DNA of 64,000 bases from Minisyncoccota bacterium (GCA_021734945.1 JAIPIA010000002.1:258829-322828); one strand, 5' to 3'. Counted from the first letter of the stretch, positions 30,113 through 40,508 are shown. Notes: a model not told the origin generated them from the letters alone. Numbers and translations are program-made.

Positions 30113-31897
30113 CTACTCAGAAATAACTCGCAATATTTCTTCTATACTTGTAAGTCCTTGCACTGCTTTAAAAATACCGTCTTCAATCATAGTCATCATT
30201 CCCTCCTTACGAGCCTGTGCCTCAATAGCATCGCTCGTAGCATCTTTCATAATCAAGTCTTTGATAGTTGCTGACATTTTAAAGACCTCGTGAATACCAA
30301 CTCGTCCATGATACCCATCATCAGCATCAGAATTAACCTTTGCCTTGTAAAATGGAATAGTTGACCAATCATCTTTAGGTCCAACAATCTTTTCATCTTT
30401 AAGAATTCGAAGTACGTTATCCATATCAATCTTCTTTGAAATAGAAGCAAGTTCCTCTTTTGTAAGAATATATTTTTCTTTTGTCTCAGCCAATCTTCGG
30501 ACAAGTCTCTGTGCAACAACTATTTTAAGAGTAGAAACAAGAAGAAACGGTTCACATTTCATATCTATAAGTCGAGGAATAGCACCAGCAGCTGAGTTGG
30601 TGTGAAGTGTTGAGAACACAAGGTGACCAGTAAGTGCAGCGTTGATACCAAGTGACGCTGTCTCATTATCTCGGATTTCTCCTACCATAATAATGTCAGG
30701 GTCTTGTCGAAGAAGTGAACGAAGTCCAGCAGCAAACGTAAGTCCAATCTCTGATTTAATCTGAGTTTGATTTACACGCTTCATTTGATATTCCACAGGA
30801 TCTTCTACTGTTGAAATGTTTACGTCAGGCTGATTTACAATATCAAGCAATGTATATAATGTTGTAGTTTTACCAGAACCAGTTGGACCTGTGGTGAGAA
30901 CCATTCCCTCAGACATACCCGTTGCATCATGAAGAATCTCGAGATCACGTCCATGGAAACCAAGTTTCTCGAGCGTAAAACCAGAAACAGTTTCTCGAAG
31001 AAGTCGCATTACAATCTTTTCACCAAAATATGTTGGAAGAATAGAAACTCGAAATGAAATTTTTTCGCCGTTAAGCTCTATACGGAATCGTCCGTCTTGT
31101 GGCAAACGCTTTTCATCAAGCTTAAGATTTGAAAGTACCTTAAGGCGCGCAATAATACTTGCACCAGCAGACTTTGGCAGAATCATCGCATCATGAAGCA
31201 TACCGTCAATACGATATCTCACAATCACCTCAAACTCTGTCTGCTCGATGTGAATATCTGATGCATCCTGAATAGCTGCATGTTTCAAAAGTGTATCAAC
31301 GATTCGTACTACAGGAAGGTCTTCAGCAAGTTTTTTGAGGTCATCACCAGATACTTCCCCACCTTCACCATTTTCAGTTGTTACTTTTAGTGATGCAGCT
31401 TCTTGTTGAATAATATCTCCGAAATCAGCTTGCAAACTTTTCTGGTACTGAATGAGAGCAGACTTCATTGACTCAGTGTTTGTAAGTCGTGGAAGAATCT
31501 TAAAACCAGTTTTCTTTTTTATAAAATCAATAGCACCCAAATCATCTGTATCAAGCATCGCAACTTCAAGTGATGCGTCTTGTCCATCAGTATCACCAGA
31601 GTTTCTCGCAATCTTATTGAATGCAACGATGTTGTGATTTCGAGCAATAGGTTCAGGGATGAGCGAGAGCACAGAAATCTCAAGTTTCTGCTTTTTCAAA
31701 TCAACAAATGGAATACCAAGAATATGTGCCTGCATTCGCCGAAAGTCGTCTTCTGACATTTTACCCTCTGAAACCAAAACATCGCCGATATCTTTTTTAC
31801 TTTTTTCAGCTTCTTTCTCTGCAGACTGAAGATCAGCAAGTGAAATAAGTTTTGCGTCTAGAATATATTTTTTAAGTTGGTCAGGTGCAATGTACAT
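30113..31897 (-). CDS. pilB: Type IV pilus assembly ATPase (PilB/GspE)
   Basis: ASDIHIE, PQDGR, GPTGSGKTT, LRQDPD, TGHLV. Confidence 0.95.
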   Translation of the reverse strand: MYIAPDQLKKYILDAKLISLADLQSAEKEAEKSKKDIGDVLVSEGKMSEDDFRRMQAHILGIPFVDLKKQKLEISVLSLIPEPIARNHNIVAFNKIARNSGDTDGQDASLEVAMLDTDDLGAIDFIKKKTGFKILPRLTNTESMKSALIQYQKSLQADFGDIIQQEAASLKVTTENGEGGEVSGDDLKKLAEDLPVVRIVDTLLKHAAIQDASDIHIEQTEFEVIVRYRIDGMLHDAMILPKSAGASIIARLKVLSNLKLDEKRLPQDGRFRIELNGEKISFRVSILPTYFGEKIVMRLLRETVSGFTLEKLGFHGRDLEILHDATGMSEGMVLTTGPTGSGKTTTLYTLLDIVNQPDVNISTVEDPVEYQMKRVNQTQIKSEIGLTFAAGLRSLLRQDPDIIMVGEIRDNETASLGINAALTGHLVFSTLHTNSAAGAIPRLIDMKCEPFLLVSTLKIVVAQRLVRRLAETKEKYILTKEELASISKKIDMDNVLRILKDEKIVGPKDDWSTIPFYKAKVNSDADDGYHGRVGIHEVFKMSATIKDLIMKDATSDAIEAQARKEGMMTMIEDGIFKAVQGLTSIEEILRVISE

Positions 31898-32057
31898 GGA
31901 TATGAGAAGTTACAAACGCAAAATGTTAAACAGCGTTTTATGAAAAAATTATATCATGTAAGGACACAAATGCATTTAATAATTTATTTAAAATTGTTTA
32001 TATCTTTTATATATTTTTAGGAATAATATACTTACTAAATATTCAAAATTACAAAAA

Positions 32058-32091
32058 AGCAAAAACCCCGTGCATGTAGCAACGGGGCTTT
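32058..32091 (-). terminator. Terminator after orphan membrane gene
   Basis: CCCCGT...ACGGGG stem followed by T-tract on minus strand. Confidence 0.55.
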
Positions 32092-32125
32092 GTGATTCTT
32101 TCGAACCACTGGCTGATGTCTCGGT

Positions 32126-32374
32126 TTAAGAGGCACTAGCCGATTCTTTCTCAGCGTTCTTCTTTGCGGCCTGACGAATCATGATCTTGAGGCCGAAGTA
32201 TCCAGTGACACAGGCTGTGGCGAAGGAAAGGACCATGACATGGAACACCGAGGCATCAGGAAGAAGGATTGGCGACAAAATCGCTCCGACGAAGAAGAAT
32301 ACGACGAAGGATAATCCAGTAATGACTGCCCAGAGAGCAGTACAGAGAAGGCTGTAATAGAGACGTGATTTCAT
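32126..32374 (-). CDS. Hypothetical two-TM membrane protein (GC-richer orphan)
   Basis: Two hydrophobic segments; upstream TTGACA promoter-like element; own terminator. Confidence 0.55.
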   Translation of the reverse strand: MKSRLYYSLLCTALWAVITGLSFVVFFFVGAILSPILLPDASVFHVMVLSFATACVTGYFGLKIMIRQAAKKNAEKESASAS

Positions 32375-32519
32375 ACGGAGTAATAACAGGTTGACTAACA
32401 GTTGGTGGGTGAATTAAATGTGCACACTTCACTTTTGAAGTACCAAAATCATATAACATATATTACCCATATGTCAATATTCACCCTAGGAAAATCCGTC
32501 CCTGGAGTACCTACACCCC

Positions 32520-32592
32520 TTGCACCTCTACTATATATATGTATAATATATCCATCTGAAACAGCGCGCCCACAAGGCGGGCTCGTTTTTTT
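32520..32592 (+). promoter_or_regulatory. nusA promoter and rimP-leader-like attenuator hairpin
   Basis: TTGCAC-N16-TATAAT, then GCCC-ACAAGGC-GGGC stem and TTTTTTT. Confidence 0.55.
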
Positions 32593-32896
32593 GAGAAAAT
32601 ATGGCTTTTGAGGGCCTGTTTTCACAAGTATGGCTTAAAATAAGCTTTAAATAGCTACTTCGAGCCACACTATTCCTCAAACTGGCGTTTTCGGATAAAT
32701 GGTTCTATTAGTTACGAAAGTCGGCAAAATTCGACAATCGACGCTGAATAGCCCTATTTTCCTATAATAAGCCTAAAAATAACAATTAAATACAAAATAA
32801 CTCCGAAGGAGTGCCTCGCCAAACGGTCGTGTCCAAAAGGACTCGACACGACATGATTCGCAAAATCAGTTGCGAGGCATGATTTCGCTAAATCAT

Positions 32897-34147
32897 ATGT
32901 TTGACCTAAAAGTAATTCACTCAGTATTAGACCAGCTTGAAGAAGAGCGTGGCATTCCAAAAGCAAAGATTATTGAGGCTATAGAACTAGCCCTCGCAAC
33001 AGCGTACAAGAAAGAATTCGGCCGAAAGGACCAATTTATTCGTGCGCATTTTGATGTTGAAACAGGAAAGACTGAATTTTCACAAATAAAAGTAGTTGTA
33101 AGCCCTGACCAAATCGTTGAAACGAAAGAGGAACTCCCTGAAAACCCAGTAGAGGGTGAGGAAAAGATTCTTTTCAATGAAGAGCGACACATGCTTATTG
33201 ATACTGCCCGACTTATCAAAAAAGGTGTACAAGTAGGTGAAGAAGTTGTGTTTGACCTTGAATACAAGGACGATTTCGGACGAATTGCTGCTCAAACAGC
33301 AAAACAGGTTATTATCCAAAAGATCCGAGAAGCTGAAAAAACATCAGTTCTCGCAGAATACGGAAAGAAAGAAGGAGAAATCATCTCTGGAACTGTTCAG
33401 CGAACAGAACGAGGAAATGTATTTATCGATATGGGACGAGCAGTTGGTATGCTTCCATACGAAGAGCAGATTCCTGGCGAACACTACAAACAAGGCGAAC
33501 GACTTCGAATGGTACTCCTCAGAGTTGAAGAAACTCCACGAGGTATCTTTGTTCGACTTTCACGATCACACCCAAAGTTCTTAGCTGAACTTTTCAAAGT
33601 TGAAGTACCTGAAATCGTAGCTGGTACAGTTGAAATCAAATCAATTGCACGAGAAGCTGGTCAGCGATCAAAGATTGCTGTTCACTCTACAGATTCACAT
33701 ATTGATCCAATTGGTTCAATGGTAGGTCAGCGAGGTGTTCGAGTTATGACCGTTATGAGTGAACTTGGTGGAAGTGAAAAAATCGACATCATCGAATGGT
33801 CAGAAGATCCTGCTAATTTCATTAAAGATTCTCTCTCACCTGCTGAAGTTGTAAACGTTACAGTTGATGAAGTAAACAAAACTGCAAAAGTTATGGTTAC
33901 AGAAGATCAGCAGTCACTCGCCATCGGAAAAGGAGGGCAGAACGTACGACTTGCAGCAAAACTTACTGGTTGGAGAATTGATATTCAATCAACTGGTACA
34001 AAGAGTACAGATGAAGCTAACACTAACGGAGTTTCAAGTGATGGAGAAAAACTAGAAGGAAACACTGAACATGGAAAAGAAGCAGAAACTATGGCAGGTA
34101 TTACAGAACCAACTATTGCTGATGCAACAGATATTACAAACGCTTAA
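32897..34147 (+). CDS. nusA: Transcription factor NusA
   Basis: FGRIAAQTAKQ, AREAGQRSKIAV, SLAIGKGGQNVRLA. Confidence 0.98.
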   Translation: MFDLKVIHSVLDQLEEERGIPKAKIIEAIELALATAYKKEFGRKDQFIRAHFDVETGKTEFSQIKVVVSPDQIVETKEELPENPVEGEEKILFNEERHMLIDTARLIKKGVQVGEEVVFDLEYKDDFGRIAAQTAKQVIIQKIREAEKTSVLAEYGKKEGEIISGTVQRTERGNVFIDMGRAVGMLPYEEQIPGEHYKQGERLRMVLLRVEETPRGIFVRLSRSHPKFLAELFKVEVPEIVAGTVEIKSIAREAGQRSKIAVHSTDSHIDPIGSMVGQRGVRVMTVMSELGGSEKIDIIEWSEDPANFIKDSLSPAEVVNVTVDEVNKTAKVMVTEDQQSLAIGKGGQNVRLAAKLTGWRIDIQSTGTKSTDEANTNGVSSDGEKLEGNTEHGKEAETMAGITEPTIADATDITNA

Positions 34148-34162
34148 CTTCCGCTAAATCAA

Positions 34163-35227
34163 ATGTCATTTAAAATCACAAAACAAGCTACGCTCCCAGA
34201 TAGTGAATATGAAATTGAAGGAGAGATTCACGCAGATATCGTTAAAGAATTTCGAGACAAAGCAGTAAAAGAACTTTCACTTGAAACTCGAGTGGATGGT
34301 TTCCGACCTGGTCATGCTCCTGAAAAATATGTAGTAGATCGTTTTGGAGAAGTAGCTATTACAGAAGAAGCTGGCCGAATGGCTCTCGAAGCAAACTATG
34401 GTGAAATTATGAAAAAAGCTATTGATGACAAGAAGATTAAAGTTCTTGGATCTCCCGCTGTAACTATTACAAAAGTAGCTCCTGGTGAAGCATTTGGTTT
34501 CAAAATCAAAACAGCTCTCATGCCAGAAGTAAAAGTAAAAGGTTACAAAGCAACAGCAAAGAAAGTAATGTCAGAAAAAACTGATGTAAAAATCACTGAT
34601 AAAGAAATCGATGAAGCAATTGTTGATTTACAAAAGCAGGTTGCTCACACAGACCATCACAAAAATAATCCGGACGATCATGGACATGATCACACAGATC
34701 TTCCACTTCCAGAAGTAAATGATGAATTTATCAAGAAGTTTGGACCATTTGAAACTATTGAAGCATTCCGAGAAAAGGTAAAAGAAGGGATTACTGTTGA
34801 TAAAAACCGAAAAGAAAAAGATAAGAAGAGACTTACAGTTATGGAATCACTTATTAAGGATTCTGAAATCTCAATGCCTAAAATGCTTGTAGAATCAGAA
34901 CTTAGTAAAATGGTTCACGAACTCAGTGCGAATATTTCACAAATGGGAATCGACGTTGAAACATACTTGAAACACATTGGTAAAAATATAGAGGAAATGA
35001 AAAAGGAATGGGTTCCAGACGCAGAAAAGCGAGCAAAGACTCAACTCATCCTCAACCAAATAGCTCTTGATGAAAAAATCACAGTGAGTGAAGATGAAAT
35101 CAAGAAAGAAGTTGAACAAATCATGCAAGTATACAAAGATGCAGATCGAACTCGAGCTGAAATCTACGTAGAAACAGTTTTGTTAAACGAAAAAGTTTGG
35201 GCGTGGTTGGAGGAGCAGGGGAAGTAA
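34163..35227 (+). CDS. tig: Trigger factor (short; PPIase domain appears largely missing)
   Basis: GFRPGHAP ribosome-binding motif; C-terminal SurA-like domain; 354 aa. Confidence 0.88.
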   Translation: MSFKITKQATLPDSEYEIEGEIHADIVKEFRDKAVKELSLETRVDGFRPGHAPEKYVVDRFGEVAITEEAGRMALEANYGEIMKKAIDDKKIKVLGSPAVTITKVAPGEAFGFKIKTALMPEVKVKGYKATAKKVMSEKTDVKITDKEIDEAIVDLQKQVAHTDHHKNNPDDHGHDHTDLPLPEVNDEFIKKFGPFETIEAFREKVKEGITVDKNRKEKDKKRLTVMESLIKDSEISMPKMLVESELSKMVHELSANISQMGIDVETYLKHIGKNIEEMKKEWVPDAEKRAKTQLILNQIALDEKITVSEDEIKKEVEQIMQVYKDADRTRAEIYVETVLLNEKVWAWLEEQGK

Positions 35228-35246
35228 AAAAACAAACACTAGTCTA

Positions 35247-35287
35247 AATAAAAGCACCTCATTTATCATTTCGAGGTGCTTTTATTT
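35247..35287. terminator. Bidirectional terminator after tig
   Basis: AAATAAAAGCACCTC...GAGGTGCTTTTATTT. Confidence 0.7.
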
Positions 35288-35373
35288 TTTATACTTTCCA
35301 ACTGTGTCCCAAACATAATCAAACTTCTGTCTCAAAGGGCAGATGTTTTATTTTTTGTTTAGTAAAAATTGGA

Positions 35374-35922
35374 TTAATTTAGGTTAATACCGTTTGCTAT
35401 TTTTTGAATAAATTTTACAGCTTCCAACAAACTTGCTGTCGTAAAGTTTGCCTTGTCAGATTCAACTGTAGGTACTCCGGTCTTAACAAGAATAGTTTTT
35501 GTACCCGCATTAAAGCCCGTCATAACGTCAGAGGGTCTATCTCCAATCATCCAAGAATTTTGCAAATCAATACTGAATTCTTTTGCTGCATCTAAAAGTA
35601 ATTTAGGGTGAGGTTTACGACACTCGCAATTATCATCTTCAGCGTGAGGACAAAGATATGTCTTAAGTATCTTAATACCAGTCGGAGCAATGAGCTCTAA
35701 AATATTGTTATTTATCTCCCAAAACTGATTGAGAGTAATCAGTTTTTCTGACAAACCCGATTGATTTGTGATAAAAAATACACCGTAGTCTAAAGTTGAA
35801 AGGACCTTGAGTGCTTCTATTGTATTTGGTAGGAGCTCAATCTTATCGAGAGAACTAACCCTTTCATATTTAGGAACACCTACATTTATTGTTCCATCTC
35901 GATCCAAAAATATAGCTTTCAT
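35374..35922 (-). CDS. HAD-IIIA phosphatase (GmhB/HisB-N family)
   Basis: FLDRDGTIN, TNQSG, CPH..CECRKP, IGDRPSD. Confidence 0.9.
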   Translation of the reverse strand: MKAIFLDRDGTINVGVPKYERVSSLDKIELLPNTIEALKVLSTLDYGVFFITNQSGLSEKLITLNQFWEINNNILELIAPTGIKILKTYLCPHAEDDNCECRKPHPKLLLDAAKEFSIDLQNSWMIGDRPSDVMTGFNAGTKTILVKTGVPTVESDKANFTTASLLEAVKFIQKIANGINLN

Positions 35923-36007
35923 AAAATAATTGTATCGTAGATATTATTTTAATGGAATAATAATACAATTCTAAAATGCGCTAAACTAGTCACCGGCAAT
36001 AGAGCGA

Positions 36008-36826
36008 TTACCCCACTCTCACCAAAGTCACCACACCTATAGCAGCAGTCTCGGCTCGCAATACATTTTCAGAAAACTTTATTTTTCGAAGTGACATCTT
36101 ATCAAAGTAGACTTCTTCTTTCTCTGACCAACCACCTTCAGGACCAACAATAAACCCAAGCGGATATTTCTTGAGGAGCTCTTTGCCTTTTAACCATTCA
36201 TCACCTCGTTGATGACACACAACAAGATCACCATCATTCGCTAAGAAATCTTCAACAGCTTTCTTTAGTGCGATTGGCTCGTGCACCACAGGTACAGATG
36301 TTCTACCAGACTGTTCAGAGGCTTCAATCGCGATCTTTTCAGCTCGTTTTAAGTTTATGTTTTTCTTTATTGTTCGATCGCAAAGTAGTGGCACAACATG
36401 ATCAACCCCAAGTTCAGTTGCCTTTTGTACAACAAGATCAAAGTTATCATTTTTCAAAATAGACAAAAATAACCAAAGTTCCTCATTTTTTGCAGCGCGA
36501 TTAGCAGTACTACTCATTCGCCCATCGAGACCCTCCTCTCTAACTTCACCAGTTGAACCTTGTTTTGAAAGGTCAGCTTTTTCTAAAATTACTAATTCAG
36601 TCTTAAAATTACCAAAAATTTCAATCATACATAGACATTCTGTCTTAGAATCATCAAAAAGCACCACTCTGCTCCCTGGCATGTATCGAAACACATCTTT
36701 CCATTGATGGATAAGAGCACTGAAATTTTCATTCTGCAAAGTATCTAAAATAAACCGGTCAGAAACCTTTAAATCAGCTAAATTAACCCCATTTTTACCG
36801 CCAATATAGAACCTGTGCAATCTCAT
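36008..36826 (-). CDS. rsmE: 16S rRNA m3U1498 methyltransferase
   Basis: VQKATELGV, EASEQSGR, VGPEGG, VLRAETAA. Confidence 0.95.
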   Translation of the reverse strand: MRLHRFYIGGKNGVNLADLKVSDRFILDTLQNENFSALIHQWKDVFRYMPGSRVVLFDDSKTECLCMIEIFGNFKTELVILEKADLSKQGSTGEVREEGLDGRMSSTANRAAKNEELWLFLSILKNDNFDLVVQKATELGVDHVVPLLCDRTIKKNINLKRAEKIAIEASEQSGRTSVPVVHEPIALKKAVEDFLANDGDLVVCHQRGDEWLKGKELLKKYPLGFIVGPEGGWSEKEEVYFDKMSLRKIKFSENVLRAETAAIGVVTLVRVG

Positions 36827-36991
36827 AAAATATATAGTATAGTGTGATTGAAAGGCTACCAGAAAGATAGAAAAATCACAAATCAGGTAGAGTTTTAAAT
36901 AGGTTTTCTATAAAAATCTAAATATAAACTCATCTCACACAGGCAATAATCCGTACCAAGCTACCTTTTAAACATTTAAATCTTGAAACTT

Positions 36992-37567
36992 ATGTTAATT
37001 CCAACAGTAATCGAAAAATCACAATTTGGTGAAAGAGCGTACGACATTTATTCACGACTTCTTAAAGAAAATATCATCTTCCTCGGTGGCGCTATTGATG
37101 ACAACATCGCAAACATCGTCATTGCTCAGATGCTATTTCTTGAATCTGAGAATCCAAAGAAAGACATTGTACTCTACGTAAATTCACCAGGAGGTCATGT
37201 AAAAGACGGTCTAGCAATTATAGATACAATGAACCATATTAAGAATGACGTATCCACTGTTTGTGTTGGTATGGCTGCTTCTATGGGAGCTATGATTCTT
37301 TCAGCTGGTACTAAAGGTAAACGATATATACTTCCAAACGCTGAAGTAATGATTCACCAACCACTAGGAGGTGCTGAAGGTCAGGCTACAGACATCGAGA
37401 TTACAGCTCGACACATTCTCAAAACAAAAGAGAACTTAGCTAAAATGATATCAAAAAACACAGGTCAACCACTTAGTAAAGTTGAGAAAGACATGGACCG
37501 TGATTTTTATATGTCAGCAGACGAAGCTAAAAAGTACGGGATTATAGACAAAGTTCTTAACTCATAA
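36992..37567 (+). CDS. clpP: Clp protease proteolytic subunit
   Basis: [24 protein letters not shown]. Confidence 0.98.
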   Translation: MLIPTVIEKSQFGERAYDIYSRLLKENIIFLGGAIDDNIANIVIAQMLFLESENPKKDIVLYVNSPGGHVKDGLAIIDTMNHIKNDVSTVCVGMAASMGAMILSAGTKGKRYILPNAEVMIHQPLGGAEGQATDIEITARHILKTKENLAKMISKNTGQPLSKVEKDMDRDFYMSADEAKKYGIIDKVLNS

Positions 37568-37573
37568 ACCGCT

Positions 37574-39106
37574 ATGATCGAACTAAAAATAGCCACAATG
37601 CTCACCATTCTAGGTGTGGGTATTGGCTTCTCGGTTGGATATCTCATTCGAATCCTTGTTGCTTTGAGTAAAAAGAACTCTATTGAACTTGATATAAAAA
37701 AGATGATGATTGACGCACGTGAGAAAGCTGAGCGTGTAACTCTTGAGTCTGAGAAAAAAGCTTCTGAAACACTCAAATCTGCTCGTGAACAAGTACGTGA
37801 ACGTGAAGACAGTATTATCAAGGCCGAAGAACGCCTTGCTAAAAAGGAAGAAATTTTGGAAATGAAAGAGGTGGAACTTCAAAGTGGTGCAGAAGCACTC
37901 AAAATAAGAGTTGCTGAAATCAAATCAATAAAGGACCGTGTAGACAACAGTAAAACTGAAATTGAGAATGAAATACAAAAAGTAGCAAACCTAACAAAAG
38001 AACAGGCTGAAGCAAAACTTCTTGCTCAAATCGAGACAGAAGCTCAAACTTCCCTCTCATCACGTATTTATAAATTAGAAACATTTGCAACAGAATCACT
38101 GGAGCAAAAAGCAAAAGAAATTTTAGCTGTTTCTATTCAACGTCTAGCAGTATCAGTACCAGCTGATTTATTTTCTACATATGTGCCTATAATTTCTGAA
38201 GATGATAAAGGTAAAATTATCGGAAAGGAAGGTAGAAATATCAAGGCGTTTGAAAAAGCAACCGGAGTTGAAGTTTTGGTTGATGACCAGCCTGATGCAA
38301 TAATGATTTCATCGTTTGATCCAATCCGTCGACAAGTTGCTAAAATTGCGCTCGAAAGATTACTTCAAGATGGGAGAATTCAACCAGCCAAAATAGAAAA
38401 AGAAGTTGAGATAGCGCAAGGAGAAATAAGTAAAATAATAAAAGAAGCAGGAGAAAGAGCTATCTATGAAACAGGTATTACACCTCTTGATCCACGTATC
38501 ACTGCAATACTTGGAAGACTTCATTTTCGAACAAGCTACGGACAAAACGTTTTACAGCATTCTATAGAATGCGCCCATCTAGCAGGTATGATTGCCGAAG
38601 AACTTGGTGCTAATGTAAATGTTGCAAAGACAGGTGCACTTGTACACGATATTGGTAAAGCACTTGATCATGAAGTACAAGGAACTCACGTAGAAATAGG
38701 TAGAAAAATCTTGCAAAAGTTTGGAGCGAGTGAAGAAATTATCAAGTCAATGCAAGCTCACCATGAAGAATATCCTTATGAAACTGTAGAGTCACGAATC
38801 GTTCAAACCGCTGATGCAATTTCAGGAGGGCGACCAGGAGCACGAAAAGATAATATCGAAAATTACATAAAAAGACTGACCGAACTTGAACAAATAGCGA
38901 AAAATGAGAAAGGAGTAGAGAAAGTGTATGCTCTCCAAGCTGGCCGTGAAATACGTGTCTTCGTGCACCCAGAAACAGTGTCCGACCTAGATGCCAAAAA
39001 TATGGCTAGAAATATAGCTAAAAACATCGAAGAGGAACTCAAGTATCCTGGCGAAATCAAAGTACATATTATTCGCGAGACTCGTGTTGTAGAATACGCT
39101 CGATAA
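37574..39106 (+). CDS. rny: Ribonuclease Y
   Basis: N-terminal TM and coiled coil, KH (IIGKEGRNI), HD (HDIGK), ADAISGGRPGAR. Confidence 0.97.
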   Translation: MIELKIATMLTILGVGIGFSVGYLIRILVALSKKNSIELDIKKMMIDAREKAERVTLESEKKASETLKSAREQVREREDSIIKAEERLAKKEEILEMKEVELQSGAEALKIRVAEIKSIKDRVDNSKTEIENEIQKVANLTKEQAEAKLLAQIETEAQTSLSSRIYKLETFATESLEQKAKEILAVSIQRLAVSVPADLFSTYVPIISEDDKGKIIGKEGRNIKAFEKATGVEVLVDDQPDAIMISSFDPIRRQVAKIALERLLQDGRIQPAKIEKEVEIAQGEISKIIKEAGERAIYETGITPLDPRITAILGRLHFRTSYGQNVLQHSIECAHLAGMIAEELGANVNVAKTGALVHDIGKALDHEVQGTHVEIGRKILQKFGASEEIIKSMQAHHEEYPYETVESRIVQTADAISGGRPGARKDNIENYIKRLTELEQIAKNEKGVEKVYALQAGREIRVFVHPETVSDLDAKNMARNIAKNIEEELKYPGEIKVHIIRETRVVEYAR

Positions 39107-39292
39107 ATCATTACTTTTGATCACAACCCTCAATCATCGATCCAGATAGACTTTGGGCAAAATTGGACTCTAAAACTTCATAATTGATTCACTTGAAATG
39201 ATGGGTTGCCTAAAATATGGCTTGATATATAATTAGAATCACGGAACAGAACAAGGTCGACTATTTAATAAAATATAAATCGCTAAACCAAA

Positions 39293-39568
39293 ATGAATAA
39301 AGCCGCATTAGTTGAAAAAGTTCACGGAGTTCTCGGTACTACAAAAGTACAAGCTGAACAAATCGTTGATACAGTTTTCGACAATATCATCGCTACTCTC
39401 AAGAAAGGTGATGAAGTTTCAGTAGCAGGATTTGGTATCTTTTCTGCAAAGACAAGAGCAGCACGAACAGCGCGAAACCCACGAACAGGTGAAATGGTTA
39501 AGGTTGCCGCTATGAAGGTTGCAAAGTTCCGAGCAGCAAAGGCTCTCAAAGAAGCTATCAATAAATAA
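39293..39568 (+). CDS. hup: DNA-binding protein HU
   Basis: GFGIF, ARTARNPRTGE. Confidence 0.97.
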   Translation: MNKAALVEKVHGVLGTTKVQAEQIVDTVFDNIIATLKKGDEVSVAGFGIFSAKTRAARTARNPRTGEMVKVAAMKVAKFRAAKALKEAINK

Positions 39569-39716
39569 TTTTTTGATACTCTCGCAAAATTTGTCCTAGC
39601 TACAGCTTCGTCAAAATGTGCAGACAAAAAATCGTAATGTGACATTGCATCACAAAGCGACATAAGCAAAAGATTTAGATAGTTTGAATCATGACCGAAT
39701 AATATTGGTCCCACTT

Positions 39717-39756
39717 ACTAAAATCCCCTCTCAGAAATGAGTAGGGGTTTTTAGTT
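39717..39756 (+). terminator. Terminator after hup
   Basis: ACTAAAATCCCCT...AGGGGTTTTTAGT. Confidence 0.6.
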
Positions 39757-39849
39757 TTTATTTTTACCAGCATTTTAAGTTTCCGTAATTTCATTTCGCG
39801 GACAGGTATCATATTTGTCGAACACTTAGTTTGAAGTTAATATTTAAAT

Positions 39850-40146
39850 ATGCTAAAAAAATTCAATGTAAGTAATGACACTATGGTTGTTACCTCAAAA
39901 TATATCACCGAAATGAAACTACCTATATTAGAGGTAACTCATCAGGATGACGGCGAAGAATCTGATATATAGCAATTTCATTGTGGTAATGGAGATTTTT
40001 CCATGCAACAGATGCAGCTCGTACGATTAGATACAATCTTATCTATTGATTCAAGTGTAGCTGAAGTTGCAGACATCAAATTAGGATTTTCAGCAAAAAG
40101 AGAAACAAAAGATTCTCCTTGGAAATTAGTTATAGATTCAAAATAA
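39850..40146 (+). pseudogene. Small DUF2185/immunity-protein-like gene with in-frame TAG
   Basis: Manual translation MLKKFNVSNDTMVVTSKYITEMKLPILEVTHQDDGEESDI*QFHCGNGDFSMQQMQLVRLDTILSIDSSVAEVADIKLGFSAKRETKDSPWKLVIDSK; TAG at 39970-39972 sits where a WQF motif is expected. Confidence 0.65.
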
Positions 40147-40326
40147 AGGGAATCGGTCACGAATAATTCCCTTGCCGTCGCTCAGGAATTTTCGCTACCC
40201 CAGCTCGCCTCTGTCCGCTACTGCGTCCAGACCTCGCAAGGCTCGGTGCGCTTCGCTTTTCGATTCACAATATCCAATAGCAAATAATAAAAACCAGCAC
40301 ATTTCTGTACTGGTTTTTATTATTTG
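40146..40326 (-). mobile_element. tRNA-Gly-associated ~190-bp non-coding element (copy 1)
   Basis: 17-bp hairpin, GC-rich structured core, ends GTGAC plus a copy of the tRNA segment CGATTCCCTT. Confidence 0.5.
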
Positions 40327-40397
40327 TGCGGGATAAGGGAATCGAACCCTTGTCTACTGCTTGGAAGGCAGTCATTCTACCACTAAACCAATCCCGC
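40327..40397 (-). tRNA. tRNA-Gly(TCC)
   Basis: GCGGGATTGGTTTAGTGGTAGAATGACTGCCTTCCAAGCAGTAGACAAGGGTTCGATTCCCTTATCCCGCA; cloverleaf, no encoded CCA. Confidence 0.96.
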
Positions 40398-40508
40398 ATA
40401 TTTTTATAACGAGATACCTACCCTCCTATCTCGTGTATGCACCACTATACCAAAGCATTCACTCTAAAACAACATCTGGTATACTTAACTCAAATAACCA
40501 TATAAACC

